From a virus, in the UHGV virus genome UHGV-1455077: 64,000 bases of DNA, one strand, 5' to 3'. This document shows positions 1-9,512 of the stretch, in pieces. Below the pieces are notes generated by a model that was given only the letters and a program-made list of their open reading frames with translations, searched no databases and was not told where the DNA came from. Both the position numbers and the translations under genes were made by a program. The stretch's first letter is position 1, and each line of letters starts with the position of its first letter.

Positions 1-96
1 AAAAAATAACGTTTCTCATTTTGCATAATAATCCTTTATCAATATTTAAATTTTATTGATATTATAACATATATATAATTTTTATCAAATATTTAA

Positions 97-372
97 TTAA
101 AATAGTAATGAATATACGATACCAGAAGTTTGTTTGTAATGACCATTAATATCTTTCCACTTATAACCATCACATAATTGTAAACATTGATGGTCTTCAT
201 TAAAACGAATAGCACCTTTGTAATTTTGATTTGGTTCTATTTCCTGTGAATTACCTAATTCATCCAAATAAGTACCATCACCAACCTTTAATGCCCCTTT
301 ATCTGTAATTTGAATTAAGGTATCATCATCAGTAATAATTGTACTATTTTTATGATTTATATTTATAGCCAT
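97..372 (-). CDS. hypothetical protein (91 aa)
   Basis: ORF in a co-directional minus-strand gene block; no recognisable motif. Confidence 0.35.
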   Translation of the reverse strand: MAININHKNSTIITDDDTLIQITDKGALKVGDGTYLDELGNSQEIEPNQNYKGAIRFNEDHQCLQLCDGYKWKDINGHYKQTSGIVYSLLF

Positions 373-373
373 C

Positions 374-1249
374 TTAAACCTTTACAATTTCAATATCTAA
401 TTCCCATTCTACCCAATCCATTTCTGGAGTAACTAATGGATTATCTGTACCAACACCAGAAACGGTAATCATTAACCGATTATCAAAAATAGTTGGTTCA
501 ATTACCCAATTTAATGCTTGTCCAGATGTTTTACCAATAGTTTCATAATTTGGTTGTCCAACAATAATAACTTCATTTGCACCATTTGATAATTTATAAG
601 ATTCAACAAGTAATCTAATAATCCAAGAAGCAGTTTCAGGATTTCTTATACCAAATTCAGGATTTGAACCCTTATCCATTTTTTCTTTTGCAACAGCTTT
701 AATAGTTACTAAATTTGCAGATTCTTCTTGTATATCAATTTGTATGTTTGAACTTGTTATATCACTTGTTGATTCTAAAATCGTTGAAATATTTTCTTTA
801 TTATAAAAATTTTGTGGGCCAATTAAAACCCAACCACCATTATCACCAACAGTATCATCATAAACATAAAATTTCTTTTCTTCTTTGTTATAATAAATAT
901 CACCTGCTTGATGGGCGCCAGAATCATCAAAATTAATAGATAAGATTTTTTTCCAACGTTCAGATTCAACATCCGAAGTTTCATTTACACACATATATAA
1001 ACCATTATAATCACTATCAATTCTAAAACATAACATACCAACAACAGGGTCTGATGGAAATTTTTCATTTGCAAAATTTTCAACTAAATGAAAAAAGTTA
1101 TTAGATTGGTCTTCACCATAATCAGCCGATAATTTACCAATCAATGATAAGTATGAAGAATTTTTATCTAATACATTGATAATTTTACTATCAGGTATTA
1201 AACCTTGTGAGTATTGTGAGCCATTTGTTCTTGTAATTTGATATGTCAT
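374..1249 (-). CDS. hypothetical protein, probably virion/tail-associated (291 aa)
   Basis: ORF immediately downstream of the large structural gene; start/stop abut neighbours; no motif recognised. Confidence 0.45.
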   Translation of the reverse strand: MTYQITRTNGSQYSQGLIPDSKIINVLDKNSSYLSLIGKLSADYGEDQSNNFFHLVENFANEKFPSDPVVGMLCFRIDSDYNGLYMCVNETSDVESERWKKILSINFDDSGAHQAGDIYYNKEEKKFYVYDDTVGDNGGWVLIGPQNFYNKENISTILESTSDITSSNIQIDIQEESANLVTIKAVAKEKMDKGSNPEFGIRNPETASWIIRLLVESYKLSNGANEVIIVGQPNYETIGKTSGQALNWVIEPTIFDNRLMITVSGVGTDNPLVTPEMDWVEWELDIEIVKV

Positions 1250-1283
1250 ATTTAATCCTATTATTTCTTATAATTATTTACCA

Positions 1284-4200
1284 CTACTCACCTATTCTGA
1301 TATTATGTTCTGTAATTTTTGTAATAATTTGAACATCATCAATAGATGCAGATGATAATAAAATTTCATCTTCTTCACATTCAATTTCAAATAAATTACC
1401 AAATTTATCATTTGAATATGTTGGAACAATAACAACAGTACCAATGTTTTGTTGTAATTTTTGATGAATATAAGTTGATAATTGAGTGAAAAAGAACTTT
1501 TCTCCTGCTTCCATAGTTGCAAAAAATTCATCAATTGCTTGGATAATTTGTTGCTTAATTTCATTATCACTCATAGTTGTTGTTTCATTTTTAATAACTC
1601 TGAAATTAGCTTTATATTCATTATCAGATTCATTACCAAATAAAACTTTATAACTGATTGGATGCCATACCATTGTATCTGACACCATACAATAATTTTC
1701 TAATTCAGCAAATAATGATTTTAATTCATATGCAGATGGTAATTTAGGGAATGTACCTTTTTTACCATTATTTAACCATTCTTGAACAGATTCATAATAT
1801 GTATTAGTTAATACAAACATATCCATAATATTTGTTGGACAAGGGTCAATTACATATGATGAAGATGCATAATGCTTCCATAAGAACAATAAATTATCAA
1901 TACCAGTTCTAATATAATAACTGTCATCACTATATCTATCCATAGTTTTATACATTGAATTCCAATAAACTAATTGTGAGCCAATTTCAATATCAGAAAC
2001 TAATGTCGTATTGCCTTCAATATCTGTTGTCCATTCAACTTCGTGTCCATCATAAACAACATCGACATCATATTTTTCACCTTTATTAAATGTAAATGGA
2101 TTTGAAGGTGTCCATTCATATGTAACACCATTAGATAATTTAACTTTTTTACTAACAGTTACAGAAACTGGTAAAATTGTACCAGCAGGAAAAATTGTTC
2201 CACCTGTTTGACAATAATATAAACTTGATTCAGTTGTATGACCCCATAAACTATCAATTTCTTGAACTGAACTATTAAATGAACCATATTCATCACTTGT
2301 TTTTAAGAAAAACAAGTTTTTTTCACCAATAGAAGTTATTTCACTAAATTGACGAGGATTTTCACTTGAAGAATCTTTATCTAAATCATAACTTGAAACT
2401 TTAAATTGATAAGGGTCAGTATAACCATCTGGATATTTTATTGTTTCAATTGGTTTCCAAAAATAATCTTCTGCTAAATTTTTATTATTATTTGAATTTG
2501 TTTTTAAAACTTTAATATAATCACTTGTAACAAATGATGCGTTATCATCACTTTTATCATTTGTATTAAAGAAGAAGGCAACTTTTTTATCTGAACCAAA
2601 AATATAATCTAAATATCTAATTGTATAAGTCCAATATTGTGAAGACTCATATCTAATTTTCATTATCCAGTTTTTATATAATCCAGATTCAGTATATGGA
2701 TTTTCATAATCAAAACTTATAGAATCATCGGCTAATGTTTCATAATCTAAAACATCCCAACGTTGATTTATATAATCATATGATAAACCAAAAGAAACTT
2801 TATCTTCAATTTTATTTGAAATTTCATAACGAGCTTGAGCATTTAAAATTGTTGAAAATACTCTGTAACCGCCTTTAGCATACCATTTATAATTTGGGTC
2901 TAATACTTCATTAATTGTAATTGAATATTCTTCTTCACTTTCATCACTTGTTACAATATCTAAAATTTTTGCCCAAATTTCACCATCATATCCATCTGCT
3001 TGGAATTTAATCATATATCCAACTTGCATTTGTTTTAATATTTCAGATTTTGGAACAACAACGCCAGTTGCTAAAGATTCTTCACTAATATCAACCATAA
3101 ATCTACCAACTGAACTATTTAAACCAGTTGTATAAGTTTCATTCCAAAATATTTCTTTTGATGAATAAGAATAAGAATTTTCTGGATAATATGAATAAAA
3201 GAAATTATTCAAACTATTAGATGATAATAATGTTTCTATCATATTAATAATTTGTGTTGTATTTGTTGTATCTTCAATAGATGTTTCTGTCATATATAAA
3301 ACATCTTGTTTATAAACATATCCATCTTCTGCTAATATATTTAAATCTTGATATGTTCCTGTCGGGTCATTAAAGTTAATATAACGAGAATTACCTGAAT
3401 AAGTTCTATTAATAGCTTTCAATACTTTAACTTGTTGACCAATAGATTTTGGAAAATAATTATAATCTTGGGCAGTTACCATTCTATTTTGAGTTGAGTA
3501 TACTTGTGGTGCCCTTTCACGAATATATTCCATTGATTCTTGAGTTACTGACTGTCTAATATGTGAAGCATCAGTAATGCTAAATACAACAGTTAAATAA
3601 TATATATTATCATCAGATGTATTATTTGATTTATATGGAATTTTAATAGTTACATCTTGAATATCAGTTGGTTTTAAATATAAATTATCATTACCATTTG
3701 AAACACGATACCATAATTTAAATACGCCAACAGGAATAGTTCCAAATTTACCATCAGAAAATCTTAAAGTAATTCTATCATTTTCTCTTGTTTCAACTTT
3801 AAAAATATCTCTAATAGTTGTATCTGTATTATTATAAACAAGATATTCATTATTTGCTATCTTTGTCCATACATTTTTTACTAATCCAGTTGAAATATCT
3901 AATTCTTCAAACCATACATCATATTCATTAATATTATCTTTATTAACATCAATAAAATAGTTTTCAACTTTTTGTGAAATTACTTGATTTTCATATTGTA
4001 ATGTTCCTTGCTTCCAATAAACAAAGAAACCTGTATTATTTGACCCATTACCAGTTCCATCATTACGATATAATAAATGAAATGCCTGTTCAGGAATTGG
4101 TGTTCTTTCTTCAATTTGAGCTAAATCACTATTAATATCTGGATTAACAACTTCAAACTGTTGAGTTGTCGCATTAACTTGTGATGTAAAAGAAAATACA

Positions 4201-4775
4201 GTATTAGAAATTGTTGTTGTATTCATTTGATATAATTGTGTTGTAATATTATCAACTGTTTCTCTTTTTAATGGCTTTCCATAAGGATTATTTGATACAA
4301 ATGAAGCATTCATAACTGTTAAAAATTGTTCTAACCAGTCAGGATTTGATGCATCATTCCAAAGAATTGGTGTATCTTTTAAAATATTTCCTGATGTATC
4401 AGTAATATTTTGAGATGTTGTAATAGATTTAATTTTAGCAATACCTGTTGCACAAATATTTCTTTTTGGAGAATATGACAACATTTTAGTAAAATCTAAT
4501 AAAGATTGTCTTCTTTCCGTTGTTGATGGGAAAACATCGTGAGCATTTAAGTCAACACGATAATGGATTGATTCACCAAGATATGAAAGACCATTTGAAA
4601 ACATACCAACTTCAGATGATTCTGCCCAGTCATTATAATTTTCTGGGTTTTGACTTGCAATATAACGTCTGATAACATCTTTTAATGAATCAAAATCACC
4701 TGCAACAAAATTAACAACTGATTGATATTTTTCATAAACATCAGTCCAAGATTGTGCATAATTATTAATTGCCAT
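1284..4775 (-). CDS. large virion structural protein (baseplate/tail-fibre-like, 1163 aa)
   Basis: Long uninterrupted ORF, Asn/Ser/Thr-rich beta-type composition typical of tail fibres/baseplate proteins; preceded by late-promoter-like TATAAATA; no catalytic motif. Confidence 0.5.
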   Translation of the reverse strand: MAINNYAQSWTDVYEKYQSVVNFVAGDFDSLKDVIRRYIASQNPENYNDWAESSEVGMFSNGLSYLGESIHYRVDLNAHDVFPSTTERRQSLLDFTKMLSYSPKRNICATGIAKIKSITTSQNITDTSGNILKDTPILWNDASNPDWLEQFLTVMNASFVSNNPYGKPLKRETVDNITTQLYQMNTTTISNTVFSFTSQVNATTQQFEVVNPDINSDLAQIEERTPIPEQAFHLLYRNDGTGNGSNNTGFFVYWKQGTLQYENQVISQKVENYFIDVNKDNINEYDVWFEELDISTGLVKNVWTKIANNEYLVYNNTDTTIRDIFKVETRENDRITLRFSDGKFGTIPVGVFKLWYRVSNGNDNLYLKPTDIQDVTIKIPYKSNNTSDDNIYYLTVVFSITDASHIRQSVTQESMEYIRERAPQVYSTQNRMVTAQDYNYFPKSIGQQVKVLKAINRTYSGNSRYINFNDPTGTYQDLNILAEDGYVYKQDVLYMTETSIEDTTNTTQIINMIETLLSSNSLNNFFYSYYPENSYSYSSKEIFWNETYTTGLNSSVGRFMVDISEESLATGVVVPKSEILKQMQVGYMIKFQADGYDGEIWAKILDIVTSDESEEEYSITINEVLDPNYKWYAKGGYRVFSTILNAQARYEISNKIEDKVSFGLSYDYINQRWDVLDYETLADDSISFDYENPYTESGLYKNWIMKIRYESSQYWTYTIRYLDYIFGSDKKVAFFFNTNDKSDDNASFVTSDYIKVLKTNSNNNKNLAEDYFWKPIETIKYPDGYTDPYQFKVSSYDLDKDSSSENPRQFSEITSIGEKNLFFLKTSDEYGSFNSSVQEIDSLWGHTTESSLYYCQTGGTIFPAGTILPVSVTVSKKVKLSNGVTYEWTPSNPFTFNKGEKYDVDVVYDGHEVEWTTDIEGNTTLVSDIEIGSQLVYWNSMYKTMDRYSDDSYYIRTGIDNLLFLWKHYASSSYVIDPCPTNIMDMFVLTNTYYESVQEWLNNGKKGTFPKLPSAYELKSLFAELENYCMVSDTMVWHPISYKVLFGNESDNEYKANFRVIKNETTTMSDNEIKQQIIQAIDEFFATMEAGEKFFFTQLSTYIHQKLQQNIGTVVIVPTYSNDKFGNLFEIECEEDEILLSSASIDDVQIITKITEHNIRIGE

Positions 4776-4804
4776 TACTGTAATCCTTTAATATTCTAAT
4801 AATA

Positions 4805-4812
4805 ATATTTAT
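4805..4812 (-). promoter_or_regulatory. T4-type late promoter motif TATAAATA (minus strand) about 30 nt upstream of the 1163-aa gene start
   Basis: plus-strand tatttata = TATAAATA on minus strand; position fits the T4 late promoter/5'UTR distance. Confidence 0.35.
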
Positions 4813-4817
4813 ATAAA

Positions 4818-4850
4818 AATAAACTCCCAATTTGTTATGGGAGTTTATTG
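4818..4850. terminator. hairpin terminator (aaactccca / tgggagttt) downstream of acidic protein gene
   Basis: 9-bp GC-containing stem, 9-nt loop, T-rich flank on minus strand. Confidence 0.55.
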
Positions 4851-4865
4851 AATTTATTTTATTAA

Positions 4866-6656
4866 CTACTTACCTTTTTTAGCATCAAGTAACATTTTAC
4901 TTGCAGTTGAATAGCCAACACCTTCAAGAATTAATTTTTCAATATATCTTCTATCTAATTTTAACCAATCATTTGCATCATATTTTTTATACATTGATTT
5001 AGCTGTTTCATAAATAGATTTAATTTTTTTCTTATTAATTGTTGATTCAAAAGTCATTGTTAAAGGATTTTCTTTCATACCTTCAGATGCTTCTTTACCA
5101 AAAGTTGTTGTATCAACTTCGTGATAATCAGGTTCATTACCTTGTTCATTTTCATCATCATTTGCAAATAATGATTCATCTGTAACTAGTTCACCAACAT
5201 TAGTATTAACAGCAACATCATCATCAGCTTCATTAATTTGAACACCAGCATTTCTTAAAATAGCATTAATATGTTCATCTAATTCATCATCGGATAATTC
5301 AATTTGTATATCATCAGTTTCTTCTATATTATTTTCTTCAATTTCATCATTTTCATTAATTAATTCAAAGTCTTCAGGTAATGCATCATATTGGTTGCCA
5401 TCTTCAAATTCAATAACATAAGCTATACCACCAGTATCAAATAATTGTTGTCCAATTTCATAAATATCAATAATCTTTCCTGTCATTCCTTGAAAATCTT
5501 CTGCTGTATCTTTAATTCTAACAACATCTCCAACTTTTGGTTCATTATTATAATTTGATTCATCAGCTTCACCAACAATTTCTTCTGCATTTTCTTCTTG
5601 TTCAGAATCATCAACCATATCGTGAGCAAAATCTAATTGTGGAGTTTCTTCCAATGTACCATCATCATCAATAAAATCATCACCTGGTACATTTTCTTCT
5701 GATTCATTTAATTTATCAAAATTTAAATCTTCAACACCTGCAATATCAAATGTTTCACGCATTAACATTTCTAATTCTTCATCAATTTCTGAATCATTAA
5801 TTTTTTCAGAAGCAACAACTGTTGAATCCTTTTGAGAAGGGTCTAAAACAACATCTTCATCAACTTCATCATACATACCATTATCCATCATATCATCCAT
5901 TGACATATCTTCGGCTGGAATATTCATATCATCTGACGTTTCCATATCATTCATTGGTTCTTCCATTCCTGCATCAGAAACTTCTGCATCAACAATTTCA
6001 GTATCATTTGGTAATTCTTCATCAAAATTAATATCATCGCCTGAATCATCAAAAATAGATGATGGCATACCAATTTCCATTGAATCCATTGGTTCTTCTG
6101 GTTCTGTTGGTTCTTCCATTCCTGTATTATTCATCATAGGTTCATTTGCTATACCACCCATACTTAATGGGTCAGCAAGCATTGGGTCAGAAATTGTTGA
6201 GCTATTTTCAGCTTGACTTGCTAAAGATAACATTTGAGATAAAGCATCAGCATCTTCAGTTTCTAATCCATTAATAGAAATATTATATTGTGCTTCATTA
6301 AGTTTATTCATTTTATTCTCCGTAATTACTGGTGTTATTTCACTTTCAGATGCTGATATTTGTGTATTATCATCAGCATTTCTTAAAATAATATCACTTT
6401 TATTATTAATATTTATTACTTCATAATGATTTTCAAGTGAATCTCCGTTTAAAGTAACAATATCACCAACACGAATTTCTTCTGGTCTTATTGAATTATC
6501 TTTGACAGTTTTATCTGCTTTTTTATAAAATTCATTATATATTATATTTGGATTAATGTGATATTGTTGACATACAACTGAAATTGCTTGTGTAATTGAA
6601 GAACCATTATTAATCAATTCTTTAATTTCATTAAAAATATCTAATTTTATAGGCAT
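4866..6656 (-). CDS. highly acidic Met/Asp/Glu-rich low-complexity protein (596 aa)
   Basis: Central region with repeated MEEP / DDM / EEPM-like acidic units; structured N- and C-terminal ends; ORF continuous. Confidence 0.6.
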   Translation of the reverse strand: MPIKLDIFNEIKELINNGSSITQAISVVCQQYHINPNIIYNEFYKKADKTVKDNSIRPEEIRVGDIVTLNGDSLENHYEVININNKSDIILRNADDNTQISASESEITPVITENKMNKLNEAQYNISINGLETEDADALSQMLSLASQAENSSTISDPMLADPLSMGGIANEPMMNNTGMEEPTEPEEPMDSMEIGMPSSIFDDSGDDINFDEELPNDTEIVDAEVSDAGMEEPMNDMETSDDMNIPAEDMSMDDMMDNGMYDEVDEDVVLDPSQKDSTVVASEKINDSEIDEELEMLMRETFDIAGVEDLNFDKLNESEENVPGDDFIDDDGTLEETPQLDFAHDMVDDSEQEENAEEIVGEADESNYNNEPKVGDVVRIKDTAEDFQGMTGKIIDIYEIGQQLFDTGGIAYVIEFEDGNQYDALPEDFELINENDEIEENNIEETDDIQIELSDDELDEHINAILRNAGVQINEADDDVAVNTNVGELVTDESLFANDDENEQGNEPDYHEVDTTTFGKEASEGMKENPLTMTFESTINKKKIKSIYETAKSMYKKYDANDWLKLDRRYIEKLILEGVGYSTASKMLLDAKKGK

Positions 6657-6707
6657 TAAAAATTCCTTTATTTTATAACTAAAAATATTTATTCAATATA
6701 TTTAAGT

Positions 6708-6715
6708 TATAAATA
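6708..6715 (+). promoter_or_regulatory. T4-type late promoter motif TATAAATA upstream of 6752 gene
   Basis: Exact TATAAATA 37 nt upstream of ATG in divergent intergenic region. Confidence 0.35.
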
Positions 6716-6751
6716 TAAACATAGGATATTCAATAAAAAGGTATTAAAAAT

Positions 6752-8113
6752 ATGACTGTTGATGTTAATTATTGGTATAATGCACAAATAAGAACTCTTG
6801 TTCTTCATACTCAACGTTTATTTTCAAATTTTTATATTTCAACTGGTAAAGATGAAAATGGTCAAGATAAATTAAAACGAATACCTGTTGTGTTTATGAC
6901 AACTGATAAATCCGTTGCATCTATAATTAACAAAAATACTGATACTATTCTTGAAACTGTTCCTAAAATGGTATTAACAATTTCTGAAATTCGTTTAAAT
7001 AATGATTTAATTAGCGGCTCACCATATTATGAATATGAAAGTGAAGTTACTGAAAAAAAATTTAATGATGAAATTGGGAACTATGAATATGAACCTGGAA
7101 ATTCATATCATATTAAAAGATTAAATCCAGTTCCAATTGGATTTGTATTTAAATTATATATTTTAACAACCAAATTAGAACAAAAATTTCAATTGTTAGA
7201 ACAAATTAGAGCATTATTTTCACCAACATTAGAATTACAAACTTCTGAAAACCCATTGGACTGGACACGTTTAACTTCAATCACTTTAACAGGTTTAAAT
7301 TGGTCATCAAAAGGTATTAATAGTTTAGATTCAACAGCATTAGATACTATGGATATGACTTTTGAAGTTGATACAAATTTAGATTTACCTTCTTTAATTT
7401 CAAGAAATAGAATGATTGAAAAAATTATTATGGACATTGGAGAAGCTGATACTCGTGAAAATATGTGGGGTTGGACAATGGAAGATATTATTAGAACTTA
7501 CTATACTCCATCTGATTCAACAATAATTGTTTCAAACAATACTGATGTACAACTTGTTCCAAACAAAAATATTAAAACTTGGTATAATTTATTTAAAATG
7601 TATGGGCTTAAATATAATAAATCTAAAAATAACACCTATCTTCATTGTATGATTAATTATGATATTGATAAACAAAAAGAGGTTCTTGGCAATTTAACAA
7701 TCAATGAAAATGACCCAACAAAAGCAAACTGGATTATTAATGAAGACATTTTACCAACTGCAAATATTCCTGCTGTAAATGCAATTATTGACCCACACGA
7801 CACTAAACCTACAAATGTTGAAGGTGAGCGTTATTTATTGGCTGAAGATTTAGGAAATAATACAAAATTATGGGGAAAATTATTAGATAAATCTGGAAAA
7901 GAAGTTTCATCAATCCCTGAAAATTGTATAATTGAATATAAAAATGGATTTTGGACTTTATCATTAAATCCAATAGAAGAACCAGCAATTTATTATTTAA
8001 GAGATAATTCAGATGCAAAATTTTTATATACTTGGAATGAAGATTATTCAGTTTGGGTTGACGTAATTAATAAAAAATATAGACCTGGTTTTTGGAGAAT
8101 ATCACAAATATAA
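6752..8113 (+). CDS. hypothetical protein (453 aa)
   Basis: Long ORF with RBS-like AAAGG upstream; no motif recognised. Confidence 0.55.
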   Translation: MTVDVNYWYNAQIRTLVLHTQRLFSNFYISTGKDENGQDKLKRIPVVFMTTDKSVASIINKNTDTILETVPKMVLTISEIRLNNDLISGSPYYEYESEVTEKKFNDEIGNYEYEPGNSYHIKRLNPVPIGFVFKLYILTTKLEQKFQLLEQIRALFSPTLELQTSENPLDWTRLTSITLTGLNWSSKGINSLDSTALDTMDMTFEVDTNLDLPSLISRNRMIEKIIMDIGEADTRENMWGWTMEDIIRTYYTPSDSTIIVSNNTDVQLVPNKNIKTWYNLFKMYGLKYNKSKNNTYLHCMINYDIDKQKEVLGNLTINENDPTKANWIINEDILPTANIPAVNAIIDPHDTKPTNVEGERYLLAEDLGNNTKLWGKLLDKSGKEVSSIPENCIIEYKNGFWTLSLNPIEEPAIYYLRDNSDAKFLYTWNEDYSVWVDVINKKYRPGFWRISQI

Positions 8114-8146
8114 TAAATATTTTTATAATTAAAGAATAAGGAATTT

Positions 8147-8695
8147 ATGATGGCAATGGATTTAAAATCAATTTTGGAAACTATGAAAAAAACATATTCT
8201 TTTAGAGTTAAAATTGCGGCTGATATTTCAGAAGAAAGTTTAAAAAGTGTTGATACAATTTTAACTGTTAAAGGTATGTCTAAAAGAACAAAACCAGAAG
8301 CATTACCTTTAGCATCAACACCATATGATTTCCCAAGATTACAAGGTTTTTTTGGAACAATTTATAAATTTGAAATGGATTTTGAATATCCAATTACTCC
8401 TTCTCAAATTGTTAATGAATTATCAACACAATTAGGATTAGATAGAGCTTATATTGTTGTAAGAAATATTGATGCCCCTGTTGAACAATATGAATCAACA
8501 TATTTAGAATATAAAGATGAAGATTATATTTCACAATTAGTTCAAGATGAAATTGATAATAAAATTAATGCAGAAGATTACTATGGTGATAAGTACAATG
8601 AAGAATTAGTTAAAGCTTTACAAACAAAAGAAGCCAAAAAGCATCAGCAAGGTTTTAAAGAATTAGATAAAAAGAAATATAAAGGTGCAGAATAA
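8147..8695 (+). CDS. hypothetical protein (182 aa)
   Basis: ORF followed directly by strong hairpin terminator. Confidence 0.5.
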   Translation: MMAMDLKSILETMKKTYSFRVKIAADISEESLKSVDTILTVKGMSKRTKPEALPLASTPYDFPRLQGFFGTIYKFEMDFEYPITPSQIVNELSTQLGLDRAYIVVRNIDAPVEQYESTYLEYKDEDYISQLVQDEIDNKINAEDYYGDKYNEELVKALQTKEAKKHQQGFKELDKKKYKGAE

Positions 8696-8724
8696 AAAAG
8701 GTGGTATTTTTACCACCTTTTTAA
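8694..8724. terminator. bidirectional rho-independent terminator (ggtggta tttt taccacc flanked by A-run and T-run)
   Basis: Perfect 7-bp stem with A6 upstream and T5 downstream, between convergent genes. Confidence 0.7.
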
Positions 8725-9488
8725 TTTGTAGAACCAACAACAATTCCGACTTTTGATGAAATATCATTTTTTCCACAAAAAACAATTTTATCAGCAAATA
8801 CTTTAATTTTATATTCATCATTAACCGCCATTGCTTTAAACATATTAATAAAATATTCAACGGAAAAATACATATTATCTTTAAATTCAATATTTTCTTC
8901 TTTATCAGAAATCTTAATTAAACCATTATCAATTGTTTGATTCTCATTTCCAAATAAAACAAAAATTCCTTCTGATGTATTTTTTAATCTAAAATTTTTT
9001 TCTGAAAGTAATGAACTCATTTTACTAATATTTTTAACAATTTCTTCTGTTATATAATCATCGCCTTCACCAGAAAATTCTTTTAAATTTAATTTTTTCT
9101 TTGTATAATTAGCTAATAAATCTTGCTGGCTTGATACCATATTATAACTTTGCAAATAATGATTAACTTTCAATCGTCCTGATGTAAATGTTGCTAAATG
9201 AGGATAATTATAATCATTATATGCTAATTTCACCTTCATTTTTTCTTCATTTTCACCAGAAAATGTACCTAAAATTGAACTCATTACGCTCCAATCTCTA
9301 ATTGCAAATTCTTTTTCTTCATAATTATCTTCATTAGATTCAGCATATACAAACACTTTATCATCAAATGTACGACAAGATATACAACAATGAGAAGTTG
9401 ATGACGGATATACAACAACTGGTTTAAACTCAAATTTGCTAAACAATTTATTCACATCTAAAAACATTTTTTCTAACATTTCTTTCAT
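8721..9488 (-). CDS. probable sliding clamp (gp45-like), 255 aa
   Basis: Size and motif pattern (EFAIRDW..SSILG..; YFINMFKAM...YKIKVFAD) resemble T4 gp45 (DVAIYDL..LGILS; FIINMANM...YKLLLWAK); adjacent to DNA polymerase. Confidence 0.4.
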   Translation of the reverse strand: MKEMLEKMFLDVNKLFSKFEFKPVVVYPSSTSHCCISCRTFDDKVFVYAESNEDNYEEKEFAIRDWSVMSSILGTFSGENEEKMKVKLAYNDYNYPHLATFTSGRLKVNHYLQSYNMVSSQQDLLANYTKKKLNLKEFSGEGDDYITEEIVKNISKMSSLLSEKNFRLKNTSEGIFVLFGNENQTIDNGLIKISDKEENIEFKDNMYFSVEYFINMFKAMAVNDEYKIKVFADKIVFCGKNDISSKVGIVVGSTN

Positions 9489-9512
9489 CCTTTTTTATAA
9501 TATATCTTAATT

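Noticed and set aside
715-936. Short antisense ORFs nested inside longer genes: 715..936, 1292..1570, 5822..6031, 7189..7437, 7809..8018, 8663..8890, 14201..14428, 14710..14934, 17103..17399, 20447..20653, 24883..25068, 25862..26071, 27688..27909, 29913..30098, 36194..36403, 39708..40031, 40470..40652, 41384..41590, 42365..42667, 43164..43427, 43552..43758, 44911..45096, 45457..45672, 49322..49516, 51447..51707, 53951..54169, 56297..56632, 56819..57022, 57677..57886, 61189..61380, 62227..62421
   Set aside because: All lie entirely within longer, well-supported ORFs on the opposite strand or in another frame. They have low-complexity Leu/Ile/Phe/His-rich translations, as expected from an AT-rich template, and lack RBS context.
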